This document shows positions 42,068 through 51,712 of a stretch of 64,000 bases of DNA, in pieces. The DNA is from Promethearchaeota archaeon. Its GTDB lineage: Archaea > Asgardarchaeota > Lokiarchaeia > Sigyniarchaeales > SOKP01. The stretch lies in the NCBI GenBank assembly GCA_019058245.1, contig JAHPZJ010000017.1:43134-107133 (forward strand), read 5' to 3'. The notes below the pieces were generated by a model that had not been told where the DNA came from, made no database searches, and worked only from the letters and a program-made list of their open reading frames with translations. A program made the position numbers and the translations under genes. The stretch's first letter is position 1, and each line of letters opens with the position of its first letter.

Positions 42068-43990
42068 ATGAGTAAAACTAAAGAAATACCTGTTCCTGAT
42101 AAAGTTATGGGTTTTAGTCAAGTAAGACTTGATGTAGACTTGAAAAATGGGAAGATTAGTAAATCAACATTATCTAATGATTTCTGTCGCGATTGGATCG
42201 GAGGATATGGATTTGGTGCTAAAGTCTTATGGGATGAATGTCCTGCAGGTGTTGATCCTTTAAGTCCAGAAAACGTATTTATATATGCGCATGGTCCATT
42301 TCCAGGTACTATCTTACCAACAAGTTCTAAATATGGTGTATTTGCTAAATCTCCATTAACTAATATGTTTGGTATGGCAATATCTTCTGGATCAGTTGCC
42401 GCTCAAGCTCGTCGAGCTGGTGTCAATATGATCGTTTTTAAAGATAAAGCGCCAGAACTTTCATATATGGTTGTGGATGATGATGATTATTATATTGTTC
42501 CATGCCCTGAACTTGCGGGAAAAGGTTGTTGGGAAACTGAAGAAATCCTGCGAGAAGAATTTCAAGATTACAGATTAGCGGTTTTATCGATGGGTCCAGC
42601 TGGAGAACGAATGAGCAGAATGGCATGTATAACCAATGATCGTAATAGACAGGCAGGGAGAACCGGAATGGGTGCTGTTATGGGCTCTAAAAATCTTAAA
42701 GCTGTATGCTTTAGAGGTACAAAAGGTATAAAGGTTGCTCAACCCGTTGAATTTTATAAGCTAGCGAAAAAATTAATTAAGGTTGCTAATGGTCCTGCTA
42801 CTGCCAAATATCGAGATTTAGGTACTCCTTCAGGTTTGACAAGCTATAATAAGTTGGGAATGATGCCAACATTTAATCATCGCGAAGGAACCTGGGAAAA
42901 AATTGATGATGGAACTTTTACAGGAGAAACACTCAATAATGACTGGGTAGTGAAAAAGGTTGCATGTTCTCAATGTTCAATTGCATGTGATCATATTACT
43001 AAGGTACCAAAAACACACCCTCATTGGCCTAACTTATATGCCAGTATTGATGTTGAACTATGTTATGGGTTCGGTACTGCTACAGGATGCTATGATTGGC
43101 CTACAGTATTTAAATGTGTTCAATTATGTGATGATTTAGGGATTGATGCCATTTCTGGAGGTGTAACTGCAGCAATGGCATGTGAGTTATATGATATAGG
43201 GATGATCACTGAAAAGGAGTTGGGCTATGAATTACCTTTTGGATCAACTGTAAATCTTGTAAAATTCACAGAGGAAATGATACTTGGTAAGGGTTTTGCA
43301 GGAGAAATATTTGGTGATGGTACTAAACAAGCAGGTATACGATTAGAAGAAATGGGTAAAAAAAATGCTGGATATTATGGCATGCATATAAAAGGTTTAG
43401 AAATGCCTGCATTTGATCTTCATGGAATGTCCTCATTCGCTGTTGGAGAAAGTGTTTCAATAAGAGGAGCATGTCATTTAAGAAATGGATCTTATGGGCT
43501 TGATGCTAAGGGGAATTTTGATAGATTCGCTTACGATAAACCTCTTGAAAGAGGAAAGGCCATCAAGGATCTGGAAGACATTTACGCTATTATAGATTCA
43601 TATATTGTGTGTAAATTCACACGAGGAATTTATGAAGATGATGCTGAAATGGCAAAAGTTTTTGAACTTGTCACTGGAATTCCAGTTACTGAAGAATTTA
43701 TTCAACATAGAGGAAATGCAATCGTAAATCTTTCAAAATGCTTTAACATTCGACAAGGATGGACACGAGACGATGATCATCCCCCTGAAAGATTCTTTAA
43801 AGAAGCACATACAAAAGGACCAGCAAAGGGAGTGACATTGAAAGAAGATGGATACCAAAAATTATTAAGTGGCTATTATGAAGCTCGAGGTTGGGATACA
43901 AAAACAGGAATTCCCACTGATGAAACTTTGAAATCATTAGGATTAGATTTTGTAATTGGTAAATTAAAATCTACTGGAGGGAAGAAATAG
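42068..43990 (+). CDS. aor: Tungsten-dependent aldehyde:ferredoxin oxidoreductase
   Basis: WIGGYG, KSPLT, QAGRTGMGAVMGSKNLKA, CSQCSIAC, CDDLGID, RGACH, YYEARGWD. Confidence 0.9.
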   Translation: MSKTKEIPVPDKVMGFSQVRLDVDLKNGKISKSTLSNDFCRDWIGGYGFGAKVLWDECPAGVDPLSPENVFIYAHGPFPGTILPTSSKYGVFAKSPLTNMFGMAISSGSVAAQARRAGVNMIVFKDKAPELSYMVVDDDDYYIVPCPELAGKGCWETEEILREEFQDYRLAVLSMGPAGERMSRMACITNDRNRQAGRTGMGAVMGSKNLKAVCFRGTKGIKVAQPVEFYKLAKKLIKVANGPATAKYRDLGTPSGLTSYNKLGMMPTFNHREGTWEKIDDGTFTGETLNNDWVVKKVACSQCSIACDHITKVPKTHPHWPNLYASIDVELCYGFGTATGCYDWPTVFKCVQLCDDLGIDAISGGVTAAMACELYDIGMITEKELGYELPFGSTVNLVKFTEEMILGKGFAGEIFGDGTKQAGIRLEEMGKKNAGYYGMHIKGLEMPAFDLHGMSSFAVGESVSIRGACHLRNGSYGLDAKGNFDRFAYDKPLERGKAIKDLEDIYAIIDSYIVCKFTRGIYEDDAEMAKVFELVTGIPVTEEFIQHRGNAIVNLSKCFNIRQGWTRDDDHPPERFFKEAHTKGPAKGVTLKEDGYQKLLSGYYEARGWDTKTGIPTDETLKSLGLDFVIGKLKSTGGKK

Positions 43991-44551
43991 ATGTCAAAAG
44001 TAAAAACAACTAAAAAAAGAGGTGGAGTTGTACACCAATTCATAGTTGTTGATCCTGACTTATGCACAGGTTGCGAAACTTGCGAATCTGTTTGTTCATT
44101 TGTCCATGATGGAGAATTTAATCCTATAAATACAAGAATTCATAGAGTTCGGATTGAACCAATCTTAAATGTCGCATTAGCATGCCAAAAGTGTGACGAT
44201 GCACCATGTGTTCGAAGTTGTCCTGAAAAAGCCTTAGAACAAGATAAAGAAACAGGTTCAATTATAGTAGATGACGATAAATGTAATGGGTGTGCTTTTT
44301 GTATTCGTGCCTGTGATTTTGGTGTATTAAGTTTACATATTCAATCCCAAAAAGCTTTAATTTGTGACCTCTGTGAAACCATGAAGGATGATTTTATAGA
44401 TCCTGAACGGGGTGAAAAATATCCTGCTTGTATTGATGTTTGCCCAAAAGAAGCTATCTCATTAAAAGATGTTGAACAAATAGGGGAAGAAAAGCGTATT
44501 GATGCTGTAAAGAGGTTATTTCGGGAGATAATAGAGGAAACTAAGGCGTAA
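43991..44551 (+). CDS. 4Fe-4S dicluster electron-transfer subunit (AorB/DmsB-like)
   Basis: CTGCETCESVC, CQKCDDAPCVRSCP, CNGCAFCIRAC, CDLC..PACIDVCP. Abuts aor. Confidence 0.9.
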   Translation: MSKVKTTKKRGGVVHQFIVVDPDLCTGCETCESVCSFVHDGEFNPINTRIHRVRIEPILNVALACQKCDDAPCVRSCPEKALEQDKETGSIIVDDDKCNGCAFCIRACDFGVLSLHIQSQKALICDLCETMKDDFIDPERGEKYPACIDVCPKEAISLKDVEQIGEEKRIDAVKRLFREIIEETKA

Positions 44552-44677
44552 AGCAAATTTTTTTTAATATCCTTTATTTTTTATTCTAATTTTTTAAATT
44601 ACTATTAAACACTAATTCATATTATATTTTTATACTTGTTATGAAAGGTTATATCTTTCTCAACATAGGTAATTATT

Positions 44678-45145
44678 ATGTACTCCATAAGAAAAGCTAA
44701 TTTTGATGATATAGATAAACTGATAGAATTACGTATTGAATTTTTAAAAGAGATTCAAGATTCTCTGAACAATATGGAAATGAAAATATTCCAAAAATCT
44801 CTTAGAGATTTTTTTCTTGAGAAAATGAAATCTAATGAATATATATCTTGGTTGGCTGAAAATGAGAATAAAATAATAGCGACAAGTGGTTTATCTTTTT
44901 TACAAAGACCTCCTTATTTTCTAAATATAACCGGAAAATTTGCTTACATTATGAATATGTATACTAAACCTACATGGCGTAGAAAAGGAATTGGCTCAGC
45001 ATTACTCGAGAAATTAATTAAAGAAATTAAAAGAAAAGGAATACAATTGGTAGTTTTACATGCAACACCCTCTGGTATAAAATTATATGAAAAATATGGT
45101 TTTAGAGGAAGTGATAGTGATAAAGAAATGATATTAAAATTATAA
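44678..45145 (+). CDS. GNAT family N-acetyltransferase
   Basis: YTKPTWRRKGIGSAL, LYEKYGF. Confidence 0.9.
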   Translation: MYSIRKANFDDIDKLIELRIEFLKEIQDSLNNMEMKIFQKSLRDFFLEKMKSNEYISWLAENENKIIATSGLSFLQRPPYFLNITGKFAYIMNMYTKPTWRRKGIGSALLEKLIKEIKRKGIQLVVLHATPSGIKLYEKYGFRGSDSDKEMILKL

Positions 45146-45452
45146 TTTAGCATACTGATTTTTAAATTCATAAAATATGATGAGGTATGATATTACTTAC
45201 TATGTTTTTTCATTAAACTTCCTTGTCTATTAATTTTTAAGAGGAAAATTGATCGAAATTGATAGATTTTTATGAAAAAATATGCGGAATTGTTAATTTT
45301 GTAATTAAAATATTAATGATGTTCGTTTGTTTTTTTCTTTTAAGTCTTTAAGGTAAGAGAATTATTGTCAACTCTGTAAAGATTAATGATAGTGAAATTA
45401 CAAGATATAATAATTTAATTTTAATAATATAGACTATTTACTTTATCATTAG

Positions 45453-45491
45453 TATTTCTGGGATTAGGATAAAATACTAATCCAAGAAATA
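45453..45491 (+). promoter_or_regulatory. Inverted repeat/hairpin upstream of hdrA
   Basis: tatttctgggattag-gataaaata-ctaatccaagaaata: 14 of 15 bp paired, 9-nt loop, about 50 nt before the hdrA ATG. Confidence 0.5.
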
Positions 45492-45538
45492 ATCGATCTG
45501 TAAAAGTTAGGAGGTTAGACTAACTAAAGGTGAGAAAT

Positions 45539-47515
45539 ATGTCTGATAAACAGACCAATGAAAAAAATAACGAAGATCAACCAAGAATAGGTGTGTTTGT
45601 ATGCCATTGAGGTATCAATATCGCAGGAATCTTAGACATACCAAAGATAGTCGAAGAAATAAATAAATTAGATAATGTTTGGGCTTATCCATATTTATCA
45701 TTATGTACTGAAGGTGGTTCCACCGAGATCAAAGAAAAACATGAAGAAATTAAATTTAATAGAGTTTTGGTCGCTGCTTGCACTCCAAAAACACATCAAC
45801 CTGTTTTCCATGCAATATTGACAGAGATGGGTTTACCTCCAAGATACTTGGAATTTGTAAACATTCGAGAACATTGTTCTTTTGTACATCAAGCTCCAGA
45901 AGTACGTGAAAAAGCTACTCTAAAAGCTATTGAATTAATTAGAGCTGGGATTGCCAGAGCAAAATTATTAGAAGATGTCCCAACAAAAACCGTACCAGTA
46001 GAACCAGCAGCTTTAGTAGTAGGTGGAGGAATTGCTGGTTTGTCTGCTGCTATAGATTTAGGTGATGTGGGATATAAAGTCTATTTAGTTGAAAAGAATA
46101 CAACTATAGGAGGACGTATGTCCCAACTTGATAGAACTTTCCCTACAGATGATTGTTCTATATGAATATTGGGACCAAAAATGCTTGAAGCTAACCGTCA
46201 TCCAAATATAGAAATCTTATCTTACAGTGAAGTAGATAAAATTGATGGATATATTGGGAATTTCGAAGTTAAAGTAAGAAAGAAGGCTCGATTTGTTCTT
46301 GAGGATAAATGTACAGGTTGTGGTACTTGTACAGATGTATGCCCCGTTTACATAAGTAATTACTTTGATGAGCATCTTTCAGCAAGAAAGGTTATCGATA
46401 TTGCATTTGCACAAGCAGTTCCCGCAATATCACAACTTGATAGAGCAGCATGTATCGAATGTTTTGCATGTGTAGATGCTTGCGAACAATCAGCTATAGA
46501 TTTTAGCCAGCAAGATGAAATCGTAGAACTTAAAATTGGCACGATAATAGTTGCCACTGGTTGGGATCTTTACCAAGGAGATGACTATGGATATGGTATT
46601 TATGACAATGTAATTAATCAAATAGAATTAGAGAGGATTCTTGCTCCAAATGGTCCAACTTATGGTCATTTAAAGCGCCCTTCTGATGGTAAACGTCCTT
46701 CAAAAGTGCTCTTTATTAATTGTGTTGGATCAAGAGATATCAATAAAAATGCTCATTGTAGTGTAATTTGTTGTAATCTCTCTCTAAAAAATTCTAAACT
46801 TATCAAATCAGAATATCCAGATTCACAAATTGTTTGCGTATACATAGATATGAGATGCGCTGGTAAAGACTATGAAGAATACTATAGAAGATCTCGGGAT
46901 GCGGGAATTATTTTTGTTAAAGGATTAGTGGGAAAAATTGAAGAAGATCCGCTAACAAAAAACCTTAAAGTACAGTTTGAGCCAGTTGGAACAGATTCTG
47001 TTGTTTCTATGGAATTCCATATGGTGGTATTGTCGTCTGCTTCACTTCCATCTAAAGGTACAGTTGAAATTGCTAAAGTATTAAATATGGAAAAAAGTCC
47101 TGACGGATTTTTAAAAGAATATCATGCGCGCCTTGATCCTATTAGTACAAAAGTACCTGGAATATATATCTGTGGCTCTGCTCAAGGTCAGAAAGAGATT
47201 GATAAAGCAGTAAGTCAAGCTCGAGGAGCAGCATCCGTAGCAGGTATTCCAATGAGTAAAGGAGAATATACTATGGAATTAATTCGAGCCACTCCATCAG
47301 ATGAAAGATGTGCAAAATGCTATAAATGCATAGAGGCTTGTCCATATAGTGCAATCTCTGTGAATGAACAAGGAAATATTGTTGTTAACCTGATCAATTG
47401 TCGAGGATGTGGAACTTGTGCATCTTTATGTCCTTCGAAAGCTATTGAGCTAAGGTACTTTAGAGATGATCAATATATGGCAATAATAGATGAATTATTA
47501 CCAATAGAGGAATAA
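45539..47515 (+). CDS. hdrA: Heterodisulfide reductase subunit A, selenoprotein (Sec24, Sec209), 658 aa
   Basis: ATG 45539 with AGGTGA SD. In-frame TGA 45608-45610 in RIGVFVCH-U-GINIA (normally CHCG) and TGA 46163-46165 in FPTDDCSI-U-ILGPKM (normally DCxxC). Track ORFs 45767 and 46169 are both in this frame. Confidence 0.93.
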
Positions 47516-47528
47516 AGAGGTAAAGAAA

Positions 47529-47987
47529 ATGGCAGAAACAAATGATATTAAAATAATTGTTTATGCTTGTTGGAAATGAGGATATGGTTCAGCGGATATG
47601 GCAGGTACTATTCGAGCTCAGTATCCAGATTCGATTCGAAATATATTGGTACCTTGCTCTGGACGTGTAGGACCAGATCTGATAATGCGAGCATTAGGAA
47701 GAGGTGCAGATGGCGTAGTTATTAATGCTTGATATCCTGGTGAATGCGATTATGAGACAGGAAATTACCATGCATATAGACAAGTAGAATACATTAAAGA
47801 AATTTTAAAAATCGTTGGCATGAGTCCAAATAGGTTAAAAATAATCTATTGTACCGCTGCTGAAGGTCAGAAATTTCAAAATGAAGCTATTGAAATGGAT
47901 AAAACTATCCGTAAATTAGGGCCAAGTCCTCTACGTACGAAAAGCACACCTAAAAAAGAAAAAGCTAAAGCAAAAGCTAAAGCTTAA
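47529..47987 (+). CDS. mvhD: MvhD/VhuD 2Fe-2S subunit, selenoprotein (Sec17, Sec68), 152 aa
   Basis: MAETNDIKIIVYACWK-U-GYGSADMAG..YP..VPCSGRV..GADGVVINA-U-YPGECDY..GN..AAEG..LGPSPLR. TGA at 47577-47579 and 47730-47732, TAA at 47985-47987. Absent from the ORF track. Confidence 0.93.
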
Positions 47988-47993
47988 AAAATA

Positions 47994-48067
47994 ATGTGTT
48001 TACTAATGAAACTGGGTTAAAAAAAATGAGAACTCAGTTGAAGAAATGGGTGCACCATATAACACAT
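47994..48067 (+). ncRNA. Eukaryote-like SECIS element (3' UTR of hdrA-mvhD)
   Basis: Lower stem ATGTGTT(47994-48000)/AACACAT(48061-48067); AUGA core at 48006-48009; 9-bp upper stem AACTGGGTT/AACTCAGTT; A-rich apical loop AAAAAAAATGAG; 3' GA at 48040-48041. Confidence 0.85.
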
Positions 48068-48174
48068 AAAAATATTATAAATAAATTAAAACTAAAAATT
48101 TAAAATTAATATCAAAAATTTTGGGAAATTTAAGAAAAAATAATCATATAGTATAAAGTTAGAGTTGGAAATAC

Positions 48175-49314
48175 ATGGATGCAATTGCAGAATATTTAAT
48201 AAAGATAGAAGATTTCTCTAAAATCTTGACAGCTTTATTAAAAGAAAAAGCAGTGGATAAAATAATCGGAGCTGAATTGAGAGTTGATAAAAAATCTGGA
48301 AATATTGATAGATTTACCGTTCAACCAAAATTAGTAGAAAAAGAAGAAGATCTAAAAGATTTTCCATTAACTCCTTTAATTGCATTTGGATATGCAAGAA
48401 CGGATTCTGCTTCAAAATTTTTGCATAAATCCGTTGCAGGTGCAATGAATGAAAAAATAGGGCTTATCGCACGACCGTGTGACACTAGAGCCTTAATAGA
48501 ACTTGCAAAAATAAAACAAGTAAACCTCGATAATCTTTTTATAATTGGTCTTGAAGATAGAGGTATGCTTCCTAAAGCAGGAAGAGAAATGAGAGCAATT
48601 AAGGATGTTGATCCAACTAAAATTGTAAAAGAAAAGGTTGGAGATAACGGTCTAATTGTGAAAATGGAAGATGGAAGTACAAAAGAATTTAATCTTTCGG
48701 TTGCCGAGAATTGTCTGAGATGTTATCGTAAAATCCCTACAATCGCTGATTTGACGGTTAGTGATCTTGGAATTCCAATAGATTCAGATGAGATTATCTT
48801 GAAAGTATATTCCGAAAAAGGTAGTGAAATTTTAGATAAATCAGGAATTAAAACTAAACAACTTCCAGATAAAGAGAAAAAGGCTCATTTAGATAAATAT
48901 AACGAAATTATTGAAAAAGCAAAAGAAAAACGAGCAAAAGATTTAGAAGAATGGAGTAAAATTCCTCAAAAAGAAAAGATAGCAGAACTTCTTAAATGCA
49001 CTATGTGTAATACTTGCATAAGAGGGTGCCCTGTTTGCTATTGTGTGGACTGTATTTTACAGAAAAAGAGGAAAGATAAGAATATTGATAAAGCTACTTA
49101 CCAATTAACACGAATAGCGCATGTTGCTGATAGATGCGTAGAATGTGGAAACTGCGATAATAATTGTCCTCAAAATCTGCCATTATCTCTCTATTTTCAG
49201 TCATTAAATGATACTTTTAAAGAAAAATTTAGTCATGAAGCAGGGATGTCTGTTAATGATATTCCATTTCGATCTGGAAAAGCAATTTCCCAGATGGAAT
49301 TAGAGAAAACATAA
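48175..49314 (+). CDS. Coenzyme F420 hydrogenase/formate dehydrogenase beta subunit-like (FrhB/FdhB) protein
   Basis: IGLIARPCDTRALIEL, ENCLRC, ADL, C-terminal CTMCNTCIRGCPVCYC and H..DRCVECGNCDNNCP typical of FdhB. Confidence 0.85.
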   Translation: MDAIAEYLIKIEDFSKILTALLKEKAVDKIIGAELRVDKKSGNIDRFTVQPKLVEKEEDLKDFPLTPLIAFGYARTDSASKFLHKSVAGAMNEKIGLIARPCDTRALIELAKIKQVNLDNLFIIGLEDRGMLPKAGREMRAIKDVDPTKIVKEKVGDNGLIVKMEDGSTKEFNLSVAENCLRCYRKIPTIADLTVSDLGIPIDSDEIILKVYSEKGSEILDKSGIKTKQLPDKEKKAHLDKYNEIIEKAKEKRAKDLEEWSKIPQKEKIAELLKCTMCNTCIRGCPVCYCVDCILQKKRKDKNIDKATYQLTRIAHVADRCVECGNCDNNCPQNLPLSLYFQSLNDTFKEKFSHEAGMSVNDIPFRSGKAISQMELEKT

Positions 49315-49520
49315 ACTATATTTTTTTAATTCTTTATTTTATAATTTTATTAAAATAATAAAGATCTTTTTTAGAGAAATAATTCCTTTTTCGTAAAAAG
49401 ATATGTATAAATAGTGGATTTTTTTTCTCTTTTACAAGAAAAAATTTTCGTATTTAAGAGAATTTGCCCAAAAGTAATTAAAAAGATAAAAAAAATTCCT
49501 GTGTATTTAAAACTAAAAAT

Positions 49521-50417
49521 GTGATTCTTATGTTATTACAACTTTCACAATATCAAGAACTAATACTTAACGAAATACTACAGACTATAGCTATTTTATC
49601 TTTGATAATAGTTATTTCTTATCCAATATTAAAAAAAAAAGGAAAAGGAATAAAATCTGCTGAATTTAGGGTTAGTTTCATGATAATTACATCGGTAATG
49701 GTAATGATAGTAATGATAAAAATAATAGATTTTTTTGATAAATCTGCTATAGCTCAAGGTTTTGGTTATATCTTTGGAATTAGTTATATGATAATGAGCC
49801 TATTCCTTTCTGTTAGGATAATTTTTCGAACAAACAATAAATTGGATAATCTATTGAACAATATAATTAAATCAAGTTCAGAAGTAGCTATCAATGTGGC
49901 TAACATTGCGGCAGAATTAGCTGCTAATGCTAGTGAGATAAATGCAGCATCCGAAGAGATTGCAGCATCTACAGCTGAAACAACAAGCCTTACACAAGGA
50001 ATTATAAGAGCTTCAAGTGAGATAAATAATGTAAATGAGCTAATTACAAGCATAGCTGACCAAACAAATCTATTGGCGTTAAATGCCAGTATTGAAGCGG
50101 GTAGAGCTGGTGAACATGGGAGGGGATTTGCTGTTGTAGCAGATGAGGTTCGAAAACTTGCAGAAGAATCAAAAAGAGCAGTGAGTAATACTGGTAGTAA
50201 GATTACAGATATAATAAAAAATATACACCTGTCCTTTAATAATATGGAAGGAATAAGTTCGGCATCTGAACAACAAAGTGCTTCTATGGAAGAGATTTCT
50301 GCAACTGCAAACAAATTAGGTACACTGGCAGAAAATTTAAAGGACACTTTGAAAGTAGCAGAGGAACCAACTAAGCAAAAAAAGAAAATTACCTTAAAAG
50401 CAATAAGGAAGCATTAA
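49521..50417 (+). CDS. Short methyl-accepting chemotaxis-like protein
   Basis: Three N-terminal hydrophobic helices; [38 protein letters not shown]. Confidence 0.9.
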   Translation: MILMLLQLSQYQELILNEILQTIAILSLIIVISYPILKKKGKGIKSAEFRVSFMIITSVMVMIVMIKIIDFFDKSAIAQGFGYIFGISYMIMSLFLSVRIIFRTNNKLDNLLNNIIKSSSEVAINVANIAAELAANASEINAASEEIAASTAETTSLTQGIIRASSEINNVNELITSIADQTNLLALNASIEAGRAGEHGRGFAVVADEVRKLAEESKRAVSNTGSKITDIIKNIHLSFNNMEGISSASEQQSASMEEISATANKLGTLAENLKDTLKVAEEPTKQKKKITLKAIRKH

Positions 50418-50746
50418 AATCAGTCAGATGAAAAGTCTGCCAAGAAGTAAAAATAGAATATTTTATTTTTTATAGGTATGAACTAAGACGACTACTTTTT
50501 TTAAGGAATAATATTTCAATTAGAGATTTTGATTCTGATTATTAAAAAAAGTTTTTTTCAATTATCAGTACGTCTATTTTTCATATAGCATATATTTATA
50601 TAGTCTTTTTTTTATGTTTTTTATGCAATTTTTATCAAAAAAACAAGTTTTTATTGAAAATTGCTATTTTATGATACTTTTTTATAAAAAAATTAGTTAC
50701 CGTCAAATAAAACTAGGAAATTTAAGTAATAATTAAAAGGATAAAT

Positions 50747-51643
50747 ATGATCTTACAAGGGATTAATACTGAAGAAATTTTTAATTTTTTATCACCTCTA
50801 TTATTTTTTTGTGTTCTAATGATTGTTTTTTATCTAGTCATCAAAAAACGGGGAAAGGGAATAAAATCTAATGAATTTAAAGTTATCCTCATGTTCTTTA
50901 TTTCGCTTATGATAATGGCATATATGACAAGGATTGCATTTTTATACTTTCCTGATAATATGACGGCTCAAGTGGTTGTTCAGTTAATTGGAATCTCTTT
51001 TATAGGAGTAAATGCGTTTTTAATTATTAGAATTATTAATAACACTGATAATAAACTAGATGATTTAACGAATAATGTAATCAAATCAAGCTCAGAAGTA
51101 GCAATTAATGTTGCTAACATTGCAACAGAATTAGCTGCTAATGCTAGTGAAGTAAATGCAGCATCTGAAGAGATTGCAGCATCTACAGCAGAGACAACAA
51201 GCCTTACAGAAAAAATTATGAGAGCTTCAAGTGAAATAAATAATGTCAATGAGTTAATTACAAGCATAGCAGATCAAACAAATCTTTTAGCGTTAAATGC
51301 CAGTATTGAAGCAGGTAGAGCTGGTGAACATGGAAGAGGTTTTGCGGTCGTCGCGGATGAAGTTAGAAAGTTAGCAGAAGAATCCAAAAGAGCCGTCAGT
51401 AATACTGGCAATAAAATTACAGACATAATTAAAAACATACAGGTTTCCTTTAATAATATGGAAGGAATTAGTGCTGCTGCTGAACAACAAAGTGCTTCTA
51501 TGGAAGAGATCACTGCAACTGCAAATAAATTAGGAACTTTGGCTGAAAATCTAAAAGACACTTTGAAAGTAAAAGAAGATTTAAATGAGAAAAAAAAGAA
51601 GACAACTTTATTATCAAAAATTAAATCCTCAGTGAACATCTAA
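50747..51643 (+). CDS. Short methyl-accepting chemotaxis-like protein (tandem paralogue)
   Basis: Same signalling-tip motif; cytoplasmic half nearly identical to 49521..50417. Confidence 0.9.
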   Translation: MILQGINTEEIFNFLSPLLFFCVLMIVFYLVIKKRGKGIKSNEFKVILMFFISLMIMAYMTRIAFLYFPDNMTAQVVVQLIGISFIGVNAFLIIRIINNTDNKLDDLTNNVIKSSSEVAINVANIATELAANASEVNAASEEIAASTAETTSLTEKIMRASSEINNVNELITSIADQTNLLALNASIEAGRAGEHGRGFAVVADEVRKLAEESKRAVSNTGNKITDIIKNIQVSFNNMEGISAAAEQQSASMEEITATANKLGTLAENLKDTLKVKEDLNEKKKKTTLLSKIKSSVNI

Positions 51644-51712
51644 TAAACGCAAGAAAACATATTCTAGTCGTTTATATATAGGTACTTAGTAAGTAAGGAA
51701 ATAAGTAAAAAA

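Noticed and set aside
45767-47515. Two separate ORFs or a nonsense-mutated hdrA pseudogene
   Set aside because: Both stops are in-frame UGA at conserved Cys positions and a SECIS-like element follows the operon, so selenocysteine recoding explains them.
47961-47984. aaagct/aaagca tandem hexamer
   Set aside because: It simply encodes the KAKAKAKA tail of MvhD; there is no sign of a separate repeat element.
49784-51639. Antisense ORFs (49784..50347, 50980..51267, 51274..51639) and similar short opposite-strand or alternate-frame ORFs throughout the track
   Set aside because: They are shadows of well-supported genes, with no motifs of their own.
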